A DNA stretch of 63,621 nucleotides, filler included, from Chiloscyllium plagiosum (Eukaryota): the NCBI RefSeq assembly GCF_004010195.1. It is 6 parts of one record of this genome, joined end to end, with 100 filler letters (N's around TTAATTAATTAA, not from the genome) between each part and the next. Parts side by side here need not be neighbours in the genome. Positions count along the whole stretch, not along the records: positions 61,581 to 63,621 come from NC_057717.1; 5 more parts are not named here. One strand, given 5' to 3'. The position numbers and the translations under genes were made by a program. A model generated the notes under the pieces. It was given only the letters and a program-made list of their open reading frames with translations, had not been told where the DNA came from and ran no database searches. Of this stretch, positions 62,791 through 63,621 are shown piece after piece (the first letter of the stretch is position 1; each line of letters opens with the position of its first letter).

Positions 62791-63470
62791 NAAACTACCT
62801 CTGACATCTGTCTTATACCTATCTCCTGTCACTTTAAAGTTGTGTCCCCTCGTGTTTGCCGTTCCCATACTTGGAGAAACGCTCTCCCTGTCCACCCTAT
62901 CAATCCCTCTGATTATCTTGTATGTCTCTATTAAGTCAACTCTAAACGTTCTTCTCTCTAACGATGACAGCCTCAATGCCCTCAGCCTTTCCTCGTAAGA
63001 CATTCCTTCCATACAAGGCAACATCCTAGTAAATCTCCTCTGCACCCTTGGCAAAACTTTCACATCCTTCTCATAATGCGGTGACCAGAACTGTACACAA
63101 TACTCCAAGTATGGACGTACCAGAGCTTTGTACAGCTGCAGCTTATCCTCCTGGTTCCGGAACTCAATCCGTCTATTAATAAAGGCCTTCTTAACAACCC
63201 TGTCAATCTGGGTGGCAACTTTCAGGGATCTGTGTACATGGACACCGAGAGCTCTCTGCTAATCTGCACTCCCGAGAATCTTACCTTTAGCCCAGTAATT
63301 TGCATTCCGACTACTCTGTCCAAAGTGTATCACCTCACACTTGACCACGTTAAACTCCATTTGTCACCTCTCAGCCCAACTCTGCATACTATCTATGTCT
63401 CTCTGCAAGCTACTACATCATTCGTCAGAATACACAACTCCACCGACCTGAGTGTCGTCCGCAAATTTAC
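62791..63470 (-). mobile_element. CR1 LINE ORF2 C-terminal region
   Basis: KFADDT, EYCVQFWSPHY..VQRRFTRMLP and TRGHNFKV. Confidence 0.9.
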
Positions 63471-63621
63471 TAGGAGAAAGTGAGGTCTGCAGATGCTGGA
63501 GATCAGAGCTGGAAATGTGTTGCTGGAAAAGCGCAGCAGGTCAGGCAGCATCCAGGGAACAGGAGAATCGACGTTTCGGGCATAAGCCTGAAGAAGGGCT
63601 TATGCCCGAAACGTTGATTCT
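63471..63621. mobile_element. Young Penelope-like terminal segment with an inverted junction, inserted in a CR1 and running off the window
   Basis: TAGGAGAAAGTGAGGTCTGCAGATGCTGGAGATCAGAG..GCAGGTCAGGCAGCATCC is the same family as 22457 and 27730. It is followed by a 25-bp inverted repeat. Confidence 0.85.

Noticed and set aside
1..63621. Novel multi-gene system or operon
   Set aside because: No intact non-transposon ORFs or gene-dense organisation. Recognisable coding traces are transposon relics or the GPCR pseudo-exon.

Overview
Eukaryotic, repeat-dominated vertebrate genomic DNA, most likely from a cartilaginous fish (shark-type HE1/V-SINEs, abundant CR1 LINEs, Penelope elements and a GPR139-like receptor of the kind expanded in sharks). 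It is a draft assembly with N gaps and five 100-bp 44N-TTAATTAATTAA-44N linkers. I found no intact host gene and no prokaryotic system. The one clear host-gene sequence is a GPR139/GPR142-like GPCR main exon (minus strand, 11685-12592) with two in-frame stops. The rest is mostly decayed transposons: many CR1 LINEs, a near full-length L1/Tx1 LINE, a Gmr1-type Gypsy element (SCAN-like gag, integrase upstream of RT), LTR remnants, Harbinger Myb/SANT and transposase relics, tRNA-derived SINEs, a 34-bp satellite, and Penelope fragments carrying minimal hammerhead-ribozyme motifs. Much of 1-23 kb has old inverted paralogues within 31-58 kb. These supply empty-site controls for several insertions, including a CR1 whose target-site duplication equals its own 3' tail repeat. 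All alignments and family calls were made by eye, and most repeat boundaries are approximate.
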